A DNA stretch of 64,000 bases from Bacteroidota bacterium (GCA_040385525.1 JAZKHE010000004.1:35357-99356), one strand, 5' to 3'; numbered from the stretch's first letter, positions 38,510 to 48,567 are shown. Notes: generated by a model not told the origin, from the sequence alone. Numbers and translations are program-made.

Positions 38510-39831
38510 TGATTATTGAATATTTTAAGAATTTTACTAAAAAGCAAATAACAACTTTAGTGTTGTTATTTGCTTACTTAATAACTGGTTTTTTTTTACT
38601 TAAAAACTTCATTATTGTTGATGTGAATGTGTTTTTAGGATTAGCTATTACTCCTTATGTTATTGATTTTGAAAAGGGAGCATATTCACAAAAATATTTA
38701 GTCCCAACAGTATTACTTCTTATTCTTTCTTTTTACATTCAAATTTATACTTTAGTATTCTTAATAGTTTTATTTGGTATTATCTATTTATTAGAAAGTA
38801 GAATCGGGAAAGTTAGCTACCTATTCTTTTTCTTACTTATTATTTTATCTCCTATTTTTAAATTCTTAAGTAATTCAATTGGTTTTCCGATAAGATTATG
38901 GCTTAGCGAAGTAACAGGAAATTTATTATTATTTACTGGAAAAAAAGTTGAAACCATAGGTAATATAATTATTATAGATGGATTTGAATTTTCTGTTGAT
39001 CCTGCTTGTGCAGGCTTAAAAATGATGGCTATATCATTTATAATTTCTATTTTTTTAATTGCCTACTTTCAAAACAAAATAAAAAGTAGAATTTCATTTT
39101 TTCAGGTTTCAATTATTTTAATTTTCACATTTATACTAAATGTTATTTGCAATCTATTTCGGATAATTTCATTAATAATTTTTAAAATTTTACCTGATAA
39201 TCCACTGCACGATTTTGTTGGTATAGTATGTTTGTTGCTTTATGTTATTTTACCTCTATTTTTTGTAATCAAATTAATTTTAAAATTTTCTAAATATGAG
39301 CCAAGCGCTAAACCAGAGCAAAACAAAATAAGTAGGCTAAACATTCTTTACAATTCAATAATTATTTGTTCACTCCTATTTTCAAGTTTCAAAATTCAAA
39401 ATAGTAATTCAACAACAATAATAACAAACATCATTACTATTGACGGATTTAAAAAAGAAATTTTAAAAACAGGAATTACAAAATTTGAAAACAATAATGC
39501 ACTAATTTATTTAAAGCCACTACAGTTTTACAATGCAGAACATAACCCAATGTTATGTTGGACAGGTAGTGGATATGAGTTTAGTACAATAAACAAAATA
39601 AAAATTAGTGGAATTGATGTTTATACTGGAGTTATGAAAAAAGGCAACGACAAAATATATACTGCTTGGTGGTTTGATAATGGCACAACAAAAACTATTA
39701 GTCAAATCGAATGGAGATGGGTATCTGCAAAAGAGAACTCTTTATGTTATTTAATTAATGTTAGTGCTAGTTCTCAAAAAAATTTAATTATTCAAACCGA
39801 AAACTTACTAAAGCAGCAAATCATAAAATAA
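38509..39831 (+). CDS. Exosortase-family (Xrt; XrtF/XrtN-like) transmembrane transpeptidase.
   Basis: Multi-TM protein with the conserved exosortase Cys motif in DPACAGLKMM (ACSGLR-like). Adjacent to a PEP-CTERM-like protein. Confidence 0.6.
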   Translation: MIIEYFKNFTKKQITTLVLLFAYLITGFFLLKNFIIVDVNVFLGLAITPYVIDFEKGAYSQKYLVPTVLLLILSFYIQIYTLVFLIVLFGIIYLLESRIGKVSYLFFFLLIILSPIFKFLSNSIGFPIRLWLSEVTGNLLLFTGKKVETIGNIIIIDGFEFSVDPACAGLKMMAISFIISIFLIAYFQNKIKSRISFFQVSIILIFTFILNVICNLFRIISLIIFKILPDNPLHDFVGIVCLLLYVILPLFFVIKLILKFSKYEPSAKPEQNKISRLNILYNSIIICSLLFSSFKIQNSNSTTIITNIITIDGFKKEILKTGITKFENNNALIYLKPLQFYNAEHNPMLCWTGSGYEFSTINKIKISGIDVYTGVMKKGNDKIYTAWWFDNGTTKTISQIEWRWVSAKENSLCYLINVSASSQKNLIIQTENLLKQQIIK

Positions 39832-40094
39832 AGATACTACAGCTACAACTTTTACGTCGGTTTATAAAATCCATATTAAGCAAGTACCTAAATCTCTGTT
39901 TAGACCTTTAGCGCTCTTTTTAACCTCAGCTTCTAAAGTTTCAATTAGTTCATGCTGAGTTTTTTTAGACTAACGAGGATTTTGCAAGCTTACTATAGAA
40001 TTAACCACACAAAAAAAGCTCAATCTCACCATTTTAAGGTATAACATATCTAGCTCCTGCCATTTTCCAGCAGTTTTTGAGCTGCTTTTTCCGC

Positions 40095-40330
40095 ATTTTG
40101 CCAACAATTGCGAACTTTTGCCAACTTTTGCCAACTTTTACGGGAAATTTGCCAACTTTTTCGGAAAATCAGCCAGCTTTTTCGACCTCATTTTCAAAAT
40201 TCAGCTCCATTTTCCGTCATATTTTCGATTTTGACTACACTTTTTCAGTTTATACAGCATTTTTTTAGCATTCAAAATAGATTTTGGCTGAATTTTACTG
40301 CATTTTTTAAAAAACTCAAGCTTTTTTGTC
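40095..40330. repeat. Iteron-like direct repeats (TTTTGCCAACTTTT x ~5) embedded in ~20 phased T-tracts at ~10-11-bp spacing (predicted intrinsically bent DNA), inside a 1-kb ORF-free gap between convergent genes.
   Basis: 40097-40185 reads attttgccaacaattgcgaacttttgccaacttttgccaacttttacgggaaatttgccaactttttcgg. The periodic tttt tracts continue to ~40330. The ORFs 40077-40543 read through the repeats and are spurious. Confidence 0.55.
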
Positions 40331-40887
40331 CGATTTGTTTCGCAGATTACTTAAATCGCGTTGACTTGTAACTCTTCATTGTATTTAAATCTCATTTTCC
40401 AGCACAATGTTTTCTATTTTCTTGCTTTCGCGTCTTTCAAACTCCTTACAGTGTCAATTTTTAATGAAACTAGCATTATAATCTGGTTCAAATTGCCGTT
40501 CAAGATTTATTTCAGAACAATTTTATGCTGTTCTGCTTTTTAAACCAATTTTTGTGGCTCGCAAGTGCGGCAAATTAATTTTGAAACAGTTTATATTCTC
40601 AAATTGCTGCACAACCAATTAAGACAAGATTTTTTATGCGAAAAATGTGTTAACTGATTCAACATATAATAATTATATGTTGAAATAATCAATTATTTTC
40701 AACATATTATTGCTATATGTTTTGTAAAACAACTACCAAGAGTAAGAGATATTGTTAAGTTGCAAGATGTATTAATTAGAAATAATAATGGTCTAAGAAA
40801 ACAACTAAGTAAAGTATTGAAAAACATTGAAACTTAAGAAGTTGTTTTTACACTTCCATTTTGATAATGCTTAATAGATGAGATAAT

Positions 40888-43800
40888 TTAAACTCTTAAC
40901 ATCCTTTTTAAAGTATCTTGCATTGCAATTCTAAACGCATCGTCTTTTGCTAATAAGCGATATAATTCCAGTTCGTTTTTACGTTCAGAAGAAACTACAT
41001 CCTCAAATATTTTCATAAAGGCAATGCCTTTATTTTGTTCATCCATGTTTTCTTCAAACTTAGTTTTGAAATCAGGATGAGATTGTATTTTACTGGCAAG
41101 GCTTACAAACTTAACACGTTGTTCTTCTGGTGTTATACTCCAGCCTTGAAACCAACGTTCGTTAAAGCTCTTAATAATTAAATCTAATTGGTCTTCCTCT
41201 GAATCGCTACCATGTGCACTTCGTGGATTTGGATTTTGTGGGTCTAATTCAGTTTCAGTTGAATCTAATCCAATGTGTGCATTTAATTTAACTCGTTCTA
41301 ACCCATAGGTTGATAAATCAACTGAATTTAATAATTCGTCTAATGCATCTGAATTGCGGTCAATGATAACTAATTTTGGAATTAAGAATTTTAAAAACCA
41401 AAAAAGCTTTTCCCATTTTAAAACTTCATAAGGCAATATTGAGGCCATTTGTCCGTAAATCTTCACAAACTGCTTGGCTTTAATTTTATAATCTGCTTTT
41501 ACCTTGTCTTCTAATTCGAGTTGATTGTTAAATCTATCGGCTGCAATATCAATTATGGGACTTAATTGCTCAGCATTAACTCCTTTAAAATATTTCTCTA
41601 CAAAATCTTCTACCTCGCTCCATTCATAAACGCCTGCATCATCTAAATGTGTTTTTAATTCATGTAATACATTAACGTCAGTTGCTTTACTTAATGTGGT
41701 TGATGTATAAAATGGATCAAAGGCTTGTTTAATATCTTCGGTTGCATTAAAGAAATCGAGTACAAATAAATCTTCCGTTTTTTTCCCTAGTTTATCTGCT
41801 GCACGGTTTAATCGTGATAGAGCTTGAACAGCTAAAACACCTTGTAGTTTTTTATCTACATACATGGCGGTTAGCTTTGGTTGATCGAATCCTGTTAAAT
41901 ATTTATTGGCAACAACTAACACTTTATAGTCATCTTCATCAAATTTATCTCGTGTATCTTTTTCTGCAAAACCATTTAAACTATCTTCCGTGTACTCAAT
42001 ACCATTAACCAGTTTTGAGCCCGAAAAAGCAATAGCAGCCTTAAATGGATTTCCTTTTTCATTTAATATTTCTTGAATAGCTTTAAAGTAATGAATAGCG
42101 GATTCTATACTTTGAGTAATAACCATCGCTTTTGCCTTACCTTTTAATTTTTTGGTATTTACTATTTTGGAAATAAAATGATCCATCATAATATCTGCTT
42201 TGGTAGCAATGGTATCTTTATTTCGCTCAACAAAAGCACGTAATTTTTTTTGAGCTTTAGAGGTATCAAATAATGGGTTTTCAGAAATAGATTTTTCTAT
42301 TTCATAGTAGCTTCTATAAGTTGTATAATTTGCTAATACATCTAAAATAAAACCTTCTTCAATCGCTTGTTTCATTGAATATAAGTGGAAAGGCTTGTAC
42401 TTACCATCTTCTTGTTTTACTCCAAATTTTTCAAGTGTTATGTTTTTAGGTGTTGCTGTAAAGGCAAAATATGAGGCATTAGTACTCATTTTGCGATTAT
42501 GCATTGCCTCAATAATTTTATCTTGAGCATCTGTTTCTTCTTCATCGCCAGTACTTGAAATAGCACGATTCATATTATCTGCTGCTGAACCACTCTGTGA
42601 ACTATGAGCTTCATCAATAATAACTGCAAAGCGCTTATCACTTAAATCGGCGATACCATCTACAATGAATGGAAATTTTTGAATGGTAGTAATGATGATT
42701 CGTTTACCACTTTCTAAACTTTCTTTTAATTCTTTTGATGAGTAAGCTGGAGCCACAATGTTTTTTACTTCAGAAAACTCTTTAATATTTTCTCTTAATT
42801 GCTTATCCAATAATCTTCTATCAGTAACAATAATTACTGAATCAAATAATGGATTTGATACTCCTTTACTTCCAGGAACGGTATTGTTGATTGGATACGT
42901 TTCAATTAATTGATAGGCTGCCCATGTAATTGAATTGGATTTACCTGAACCTGCAGAGTGCTGTATTAAATACGTTTGACCTAATCCATTTTCGCTTGCA
43001 TGATTTATTAAACGCCTTACTACATCCATTTGATGGTAACGAGGGAAATATAAACTCTTTTTATTTAAAGCATCTGTTTCTTTTCCATCAAAGCGAACAA
43101 AGTGTTGAATAATATTTGCTACACTTTGACGTGTTAATACTTCATCCCACAAATAACTTGTTTTATGACCAAATGGATTTGGGGGATTTCCTTTACCAAA
43201 GTTGTGACCTAAATTAAATGGTAAAAAGAATGTATTACCTCCATCTAATTTAGTTGTCATATATACCTCGTCGGTATCAACTGCAAAATGGACTAAGCAT
43301 CTGCCAAATTGCAATAATGGTTGTGTTATATCTCGTTTAAACTTGTATTGGTTTTGACCATGTACCTTGGCATTTTGACCTGTCCATTGATTTTTTAATT
43401 CAACAGTGCTAAATGGTATACCATTAATAAATAATACCATGTCAATTTCTTCGCCTTTATTAACTTCTGAATAACGAATTTGGCGTGTAACACTAAATTC
43501 ATTTTTATCAAAATTATCTTTAACTGTTTGACTACTGCTTGCTAGAGGCAATTGATATAATAACGTGAAGTGAGCGTCATCCACTTCTAATCCTTTACGC
43601 AACAAACGAATGATGCCGTATTTTTTAATTAAACGATCTAAACGTTCGAGTATCTTTAATTTCCAATCACTTTGTTTTTGTAGTTTAAGTAATTCTTCTT
43701 TTTGAGTAGTTTCTAGAAAATGCCAAAAGCGGTTTTCATCAATGGCAAATTGTGGATTAAAATCTTTGGCTTCACCTAAATAATAACCATTACCACTACG

Positions 43801-43926
43801 ATAGAGTTCTGCTCTTTCGGCAAAAGCATTTACTACCCCTAAAGCTTTTAATTCTTCAAGAGTTGTACCTGTTAATTTTTTTTCAATTACAGCTTCAAGA
43901 GCTTGTTCGTTGGTTTGACTAGTCAT
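40888..43926 (-). CDS. hsdR: Type I restriction enzyme R subunit (HsdR).
   Basis: 1012 aa. Walker A GSGKSNSI. DEAH box VIIDEAHSSQSG. Helicase C domain. C-terminal HsdR-specific region. Confidence 0.85.
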   Translation of the reverse strand: MTSQTNEQALEAVIEKKLTGTTLEELKALGVVNAFAERAELYRSGNGYYLGEAKDFNPQFAIDENRFWHFLETTQKEELLKLQKQSDWKLKILERLDRLIKKYGIIRLLRKGLEVDDAHFTLLYQLPLASSSQTVKDNFDKNEFSVTRQIRYSEVNKGEEIDMVLFINGIPFSTVELKNQWTGQNAKVHGQNQYKFKRDITQPLLQFGRCLVHFAVDTDEVYMTTKLDGGNTFFLPFNLGHNFGKGNPPNPFGHKTSYLWDEVLTRQSVANIIQHFVRFDGKETDALNKKSLYFPRYHQMDVVRRLINHASENGLGQTYLIQHSAGSGKSNSITWAAYQLIETYPINNTVPGSKGVSNPLFDSVIIVTDRRLLDKQLRENIKEFSEVKNIVAPAYSSKELKESLESGKRIIITTIQKFPFIVDGIADLSDKRFAVIIDEAHSSQSGSAADNMNRAISSTGDEEETDAQDKIIEAMHNRKMSTNASYFAFTATPKNITLEKFGVKQEDGKYKPFHLYSMKQAIEEGFILDVLANYTTYRSYYEIEKSISENPLFDTSKAQKKLRAFVERNKDTIATKADIMMDHFISKIVNTKKLKGKAKAMVITQSIESAIHYFKAIQEILNEKGNPFKAAIAFSGSKLVNGIEYTEDSLNGFAEKDTRDKFDEDDYKVLVVANKYLTGFDQPKLTAMYVDKKLQGVLAVQALSRLNRAADKLGKKTEDLFVLDFFNATEDIKQAFDPFYTSTTLSKATDVNVLHELKTHLDDAGVYEWSEVEDFVEKYFKGVNAEQLSPIIDIAADRFNNQLELEDKVKADYKIKAKQFVKIYGQMASILPYEVLKWEKLFWFLKFLIPKLVIIDRNSDALDELLNSVDLSTYGLERVKLNAHIGLDSTETELDPQNPNPRSAHGSDSEEDQLDLIIKSFNERWFQGWSITPEEQRVKFVSLASKIQSHPDFKTKFEENMDEQNKGIAFMKIFEDVVSSERKNELELYRLLAKDDAFRIAMQDTLKRMLRV

Positions 43927-43931
43927 TTAAA

Positions 43932-44666
43932 TTAATTAATCAATTTGTTTATAATATCATGAGCTTTTTTAATATCAGCTGTTTGATCATTTTCGTTTTT
44001 GTATCCTATTTTACCAACATATACATTGTTATTATGTTCGGTGAAATAAACCCTTAGTGCGGTTGGTAAATAAACTCTCAATTCATAAACAGAGCATTCA
44101 TATTTATTTGGTGTTACATCCTTGACTATTTTGGTGTCAGGATAATATTTTGTTTTTAAATTTCGAGCCTTAGCTTTTTCAAAATCTTCAATAATAGATA
44201 CTTGCTCTTGAGGAGTTAATGTGTTAAATTCTTTTTCAAATTCCGATGAAATGAAAGCCTTTTCTAATGTCACTTTAAGTTTTTCATAAGTTGATGAACC
44301 AGCATAACACCATTCTTTATATGTGGAATCATTTATTATCTGTTTATCAGGACTAATAACACTTCCTGTGAAATTTATTCCAAGAAAAGCATATTTTTTT
44401 CCGTTAGTTTGTAAAATAGCACTTTCATCGTTATTTATATAGTTGCTTACTGAAGAAAGCTTACCAATGAATTTTATTATTTCTTGTACTTCTTGTCCAT
44501 TATTAGCAAATAGTTCAACATAGTATTCTAATTCATAAACGGATTCATGCTTACAAAAATCATCCTCCTTCTTTCTATCAATTGTTATTAGTTCACTCAT
44601 ACCTTCTTTGAAATCAGAAAAATTACCCTTAGTTAAAGTTTCATTTATTAAAAACAAGTGGCTCAT
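43932..44666 (-). CDS. Hypothetical protein, third gene of the embedded DUF262-ATPase cassette.
   Basis: 244 aa, no recognisable motif. Start overlaps the ATPase stop by 4 nt. Confidence 0.45.
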   Translation of the reverse strand: MSHLFLINETLTKGNFSDFKEGMSELITIDRKKEDDFCKHESVYELEYYVELFANNGQEVQEIIKFIGKLSSVSNYINNDESAILQTNGKKYAFLGINFTGSVISPDKQIINDSTYKEWCYAGSSTYEKLKVTLEKAFISSEFEKEFNTLTPQEQVSIIEDFEKAKARNLKTKYYPDTKIVKDVTPNKYECSVYELRVYLPTALRVYFTEHNNNVYVGKIGYKNENDQTADIKKAHDIINKLIN

Positions 44667-45817
44667 GACTTTCTCATTTTAAATAATTCAGCAAAATCAT
44701 TTTGACTTTGGTCAAAAAATCCTTTTGGCCATTTTGATAACTCTCCTTTTTCTGAAATAGAAATAGATTCAACATTTGGCTGCTTGTCGCCTTCTTCCTG
44801 ACTAAAAAAGTTTATGGTTACTTGTTCAGGTTGTATATCTTTTTTTGCTGTTGCTATTTGGATGCCATTTATTACATGATCGCTATGAGTTTCGACAATC
44901 ACATTAACACCTGATTTAGCTACCATTGCTAAAAACTGACCAATTTTTGATTGTGCTGAAGGATGCAAATGTGCTTCTGGATTTTCAACAATCATGATAC
45001 TATCCTTTTTAGCAATTAAACCAGTTACAATTATTGGCAATACATAACTTATACCAAAACCAATATTTGTTGCAATTGTGCTATTTCCTTTGGTATATAT
45101 ATTATCAACTCGTATTTGTGCTGAATGTGTTTGAGGCTCGTAAAACGCAGAAATTGAAACACCAGGCATTAATTCATTTAACCAAGCATTTACCTGTTGC
45201 TCAAGTCTTTTACTTTTAGAGGAAGTGTGTCTTCTTTCATTTTCAACTTCAAACTTGTAATTAGATTCAGTATCTGAAATTAATTGAGCAACGAATTCAC
45301 CTTGATAACCGGCATTGGGATAATCATAAAATTTAATTCCTTGATTTATTCTTGGTCCAATTCTTTCAGCATTTAAATAATAAAACTCTTGCATAAATAA
45401 TGATTTTGTCATTGGCATATCATTATGGACTTCAACTGGTTTTAACCATAGATTAATTTCGTCGTTTATATCGTAAACAACTTGAAATGATTCGGGTAAA
45501 TTTTTAATATTATTATATATCGTAATAGCAGAAAAATCTGGAGATGTATTTTTAGGTATTATTAAATCACTTGTTCCTAGAGCTAAGCAATACGAACCAT
45601 TTAGTTCAACATTTAAACCGTTCGGTTCATGAAAAAGATATTGTTCGATGTTTTTTTCCCAAACTGAACAATGTTCAACTGTTCTTCTCAAAAAAAGCAA
45701 TGCCTGAATGACAGTACTTTTACCGCCCCCATTTGCGCCAGTTAAAATAGTTAATTGATTTAAAGGAATGTTTTTATTAGTAAAACACTTAAAATTTTCT
45801 ATTTGAATATTCGTCAT
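44663..45817 (-). CDS. ABC/SMC-like AAA_15/AAA_21-family ATPase (DUF3696-type, abortive-infection/defence-associated).
   Basis: Walker A TGANGGGKST. Signature ENPEAHLHP (D-loop/H-loop region typical of this defence ATPase family). 384 aa. Confidence 0.65.
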   Translation of the reverse strand: MTNIQIENFKCFTNKNIPLNQLTILTGANGGGKSTVIQALLFLRRTVEHCSVWEKNIEQYLFHEPNGLNVELNGSYCLALGTSDLIIPKNTSPDFSAITIYNNIKNLPESFQVVYDINDEINLWLKPVEVHNDMPMTKSLFMQEFYYLNAERIGPRINQGIKFYDYPNAGYQGEFVAQLISDTESNYKFEVENERRHTSSKSKRLEQQVNAWLNELMPGVSISAFYEPQTHSAQIRVDNIYTKGNSTIATNIGFGISYVLPIIVTGLIAKKDSIMIVENPEAHLHPSAQSKIGQFLAMVAKSGVNVIVETHSDHVINGIQIATAKKDIQPEQVTINFFSQEEGDKQPNVESISISEKGELSKWPKGFFDQSQNDFAELFKMRKS

Positions 45818-47214
45818 TATCTGATTGGTAAATGTTTTATTATTAGTTCATCAATTGCATTAAATACATATATTAAATTTGCTTTAGAGTTGGTACCATA
45901 TGACAAATAATTAAAAAACGTTCTATTTTCTTCAATACCTCTGGCTAAAGGTTCTAGGAGAATATTTCTTTGATAATTACTGGAAATAATTTCATGATCA
46001 ATTTTTGATAATAAAACTGAGCAACTTACAAATAAAGCTTTATTGATTAATTGTTTATTAGCGCCTGGTACAATATCTTTGGTTACAACCTTTCTAAATG
46101 CGTATCTACTTCCAAATAAATATTCAGCATTTTTCATGGCATTTGAAAAACGTGCGACATAAGTATTCAATTCTTCAAAACTAACTCTAGAGAGTGTATC
46201 CGTTAAATTATCTAACTCCGAGTCCATGTAGCCAGTATAATTATCAATTCTATTATCATTACCAATTAATCTATAAAATAAAATAAAACGTAAAGCAACT
46301 TCGTGATCGTCCATTCGGGTCGGTTTAATACTGTAATCTGTAGCCGTTAAAAACTCAGGCAAGTTAACCATTTCTTTTAGCGTATCTCTTAGACTTTTAC
46401 CCGCTAAACAATTTCTTATTTCCTGATTATTTAATGGTTTACCACCTGTATTAATACGTCTGAAAATATCGTACTTAACTTTTTGCGGAGATGATGGATC
46501 AATTACATTAACTGAAAATTGCGTTTGATTAAACCATCTGAAATATTTTCCTTCAATAGATGGCAAACCATTAGATTCTCCGTTTTTACGAGTGCTAGAG
46601 TAATATTTACCTTCACAAGAAGATTTTAAATATTCTAAACCTTTTAATGGAAATTTATTTTCCATAAAATCTTTGATAGTTGTTAATCTTTGTAATCCAT
46701 CTACTACAGTTATTCGACCTTCTTCATCTTCTGAAAAATAAAACATTGGTAAAGGAATGCGTAATAATATTGATTCGATTAATCTTGATTTTTGATGACT
46801 GTTCCAAACATAATTTCTTTGAAAATCAGGTGCCAAATCAATATCACCATCATCAATCATATCGGATATTAATCTTAAGTTGAATGCCTTTGAGTGAATC
46901 TTAATTCGTTCAGGGTCATACGGACTTACTTCAGCTACTTCAATAGATTCAGTGAATCCTGTGCCTGATTGTTGTTGTTCAATAAGTTCGAGAGCAACTT
47001 TATTTAATTTGACTTCAAGAATTTCATTACTATCTATGATTGCATCACTTTTATAAATAATTGAAAAACTTGAATTTTCTAATCTTAATGTCATCCAAGC
47101 AATGGAATTATTATCCATTAAATGAAAAATATTTTCCTCGTTGAATTCATCGAAAATTCTATATGGTGCAACTAGTACCGTTTCACCAATACCAATATTT
47201 AATTCTATATTCAT
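45817..47214 (-). CDS. DUF262 (ParB/GmrS-like N-terminal nuclease/NTPase domain) protein.
   Basis: Signature DFQRNYVWNSHQKSRLIESILLRIPLPMFYF. 465 aa. No obvious DUF1524/HNH tail. Its stop shares a nucleotide with the ATPase start. Confidence 0.6.
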   Translation of the reverse strand: MNIELNIGIGETVLVAPYRIFDEFNEENIFHLMDNNSIAWMTLRLENSSFSIIYKSDAIIDSNEILEVKLNKVALELIEQQQSGTGFTESIEVAEVSPYDPERIKIHSKAFNLRLISDMIDDGDIDLAPDFQRNYVWNSHQKSRLIESILLRIPLPMFYFSEDEEGRITVVDGLQRLTTIKDFMENKFPLKGLEYLKSSCEGKYYSSTRKNGESNGLPSIEGKYFRWFNQTQFSVNVIDPSSPQKVKYDIFRRINTGGKPLNNQEIRNCLAGKSLRDTLKEMVNLPEFLTATDYSIKPTRMDDHEVALRFILFYRLIGNDNRIDNYTGYMDSELDNLTDTLSRVSFEELNTYVARFSNAMKNAEYLFGSRYAFRKVVTKDIVPGANKQLINKALFVSCSVLLSKIDHEIISSNYQRNILLEPLARGIEENRTFFNYLSYGTNSKANLIYVFNAIDELIIKHLPIR

Positions 47215-47238
47215 AATTAATATTCCTATTTAAATATA

Positions 47239-48567
47239 CTATACCTTTATCTTACCTGTTACAGCCGAATTTATTAAACTGGCTTTATACTCTTTTAATT
47301 TTTCTATTTCTCGAACTTTGAGGGTAATTGCTGTTATGATTTTAGTACTAAAAGTTTCGATATATTCTGCAATTTCTATTTGTTCTTTCATTGGTGGAAT
47401 TACAACTGGCAACCTTTTCAATAATTCTTGACTTAAAGAGGCTCGAATAACCAAATTCATTTCGCCAACAAAAAATGACCTATGAGTTTTGCTGCTAAAA
47501 TAAAATTTAGAATAACCTTTAAACAAAACATTTTTTTTAGGTCTGAATCTGATTAAAAATCCTGCAAAAGTTGCTTGGTCAATTGTATGTAAACAAGTTG
47601 ATGCAAATCCTATTTCATCCACTGTTTCTGAAGTTCTAGTGAAAAAAACATCTCCTTCTTGAACCGAAAACTGTTTTTGATCTTTGCTATTTGATTCTGC
47701 CAAACCACTCAATTGATTTGGTAATTCAATATCATTATAAACATCACCATATGTTAAAAAAGGAAATCCTGTTCCAAAATATTCACCACCTTTACTTAAA
47801 CCATTTTGAGTTTTACCTATAAATCGAAGAGGTTTCACTTCCCAATCTTCTGGTATCTCTCCAATCCATTCCACTCCGCTATCTTTTAGTTTTATATTTG
47901 TTTTAAGCCCTCGGGTAACACTTTTGTGTATGAGTATTTGCCTGCGTTCTTTAAGCAATTCTATTTGTTTTTCTTTAATACTGATGGCTTGGTCTATCAA
48001 AGCTGTTTTCCGGTCAAGGTATTCAACAATTACAGATTGTGTTTGGTAATCAGGGAAAGGAAGAATTATTTTTTTAAAATCTTCTTTATTCAAAGATTCT
48101 CTTAATTCCATGATGCCTGTGCAATATTTTATCAAAGACTTATAAAATGATGGATTTGAAAAAATATAAGAATAATAATTAATATTTATTTGACTAGTTC
48201 TAGGTTTATAAACAAGATAAACTTGGCTGAATGCCCCATAGTATTTTGACATACCCAATGAGCCAATGACAACATTCATTTTATTTATTACAAAATCATT
48301 GGGATAAACTAGTTTGTATCTTTCAATATCCTCCGATTTGTTGTTACCAATTGCTCCTTTTTCATCGTAGGGGATTACACCTCTATCTTTTGTAACTGAT
48401 AGAATATAATCAGTCTTCCGACCTTCATTTTTTTCATTTCTTTCCTCAAATATCGCACGTATGGGAAGTGCGCCCCAATTCTCTGGAACTAATCCAGACC
48501 ATTCAACCCCTGAATCCTTATAAGCAGGATAATTTTTGACTGATGTTTTATCTGTTACCATTTGCAT
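47239..48567 (-). CDS. hsdS: Type I restriction-modification specificity subunit (HsdS).
   Basis: 442 aa with two target-recognition domains separated by a conserved coiled-coil spacer (ALIDQAISIKEKQIELLKERRQ and the C-terminal IEKLKEYKASLINSAVTGKIKV). Confidence 0.8.
   Translation of the reverse strand: MQMVTDKTSVKNYPAYKDSGVEWSGLVPENWGALPIRAIFEERNEKNEGRKTDYILSVTKDRGVIPYDEKGAIGNNKSEDIERYKLVYPNDFVINKMNVVIGSLGMSKYYGAFSQVYLVYKPRTSQININYYSYIFSNPSFYKSLIKYCTGIMELRESLNKEDFKKIILPFPDYQTQSVIVEYLDRKTALIDQAISIKEKQIELLKERRQILIHKSVTRGLKTNIKLKDSGVEWIGEIPEDWEVKPLRFIGKTQNGLSKGGEYFGTGFPFLTYGDVYNDIELPNQLSGLAESNSKDQKQFSVQEGDVFFTRTSETVDEIGFASTCLHTIDQATFAGFLIRFRPKKNVLFKGYSKFYFSSKTHRSFFVGEMNLVIRASLSQELLKRLPVVIPPMKEQIEIAEYIETFSTKIITAITLKVREIEKLKEYKASLINSAVTGKIKV

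Noticed and set aside
40095-40190. Possible CRISPR array
   Set aside because: The repeat units are only ~10-13 bp and directly abut one another with no unique spacers of 25-40 bp. No cas genes nearby.
40077-40543. Three overlapping small plus-strand ORFs (63, 87, 60 aa) in the 1-kb gap
   Set aside because: Their amino-acid sequences are low-complexity read-through of the TTTTGCCAAC iterons and T-tracts (FCQLL repeats). No RBS or start context. Artefact of repetitive DNA.
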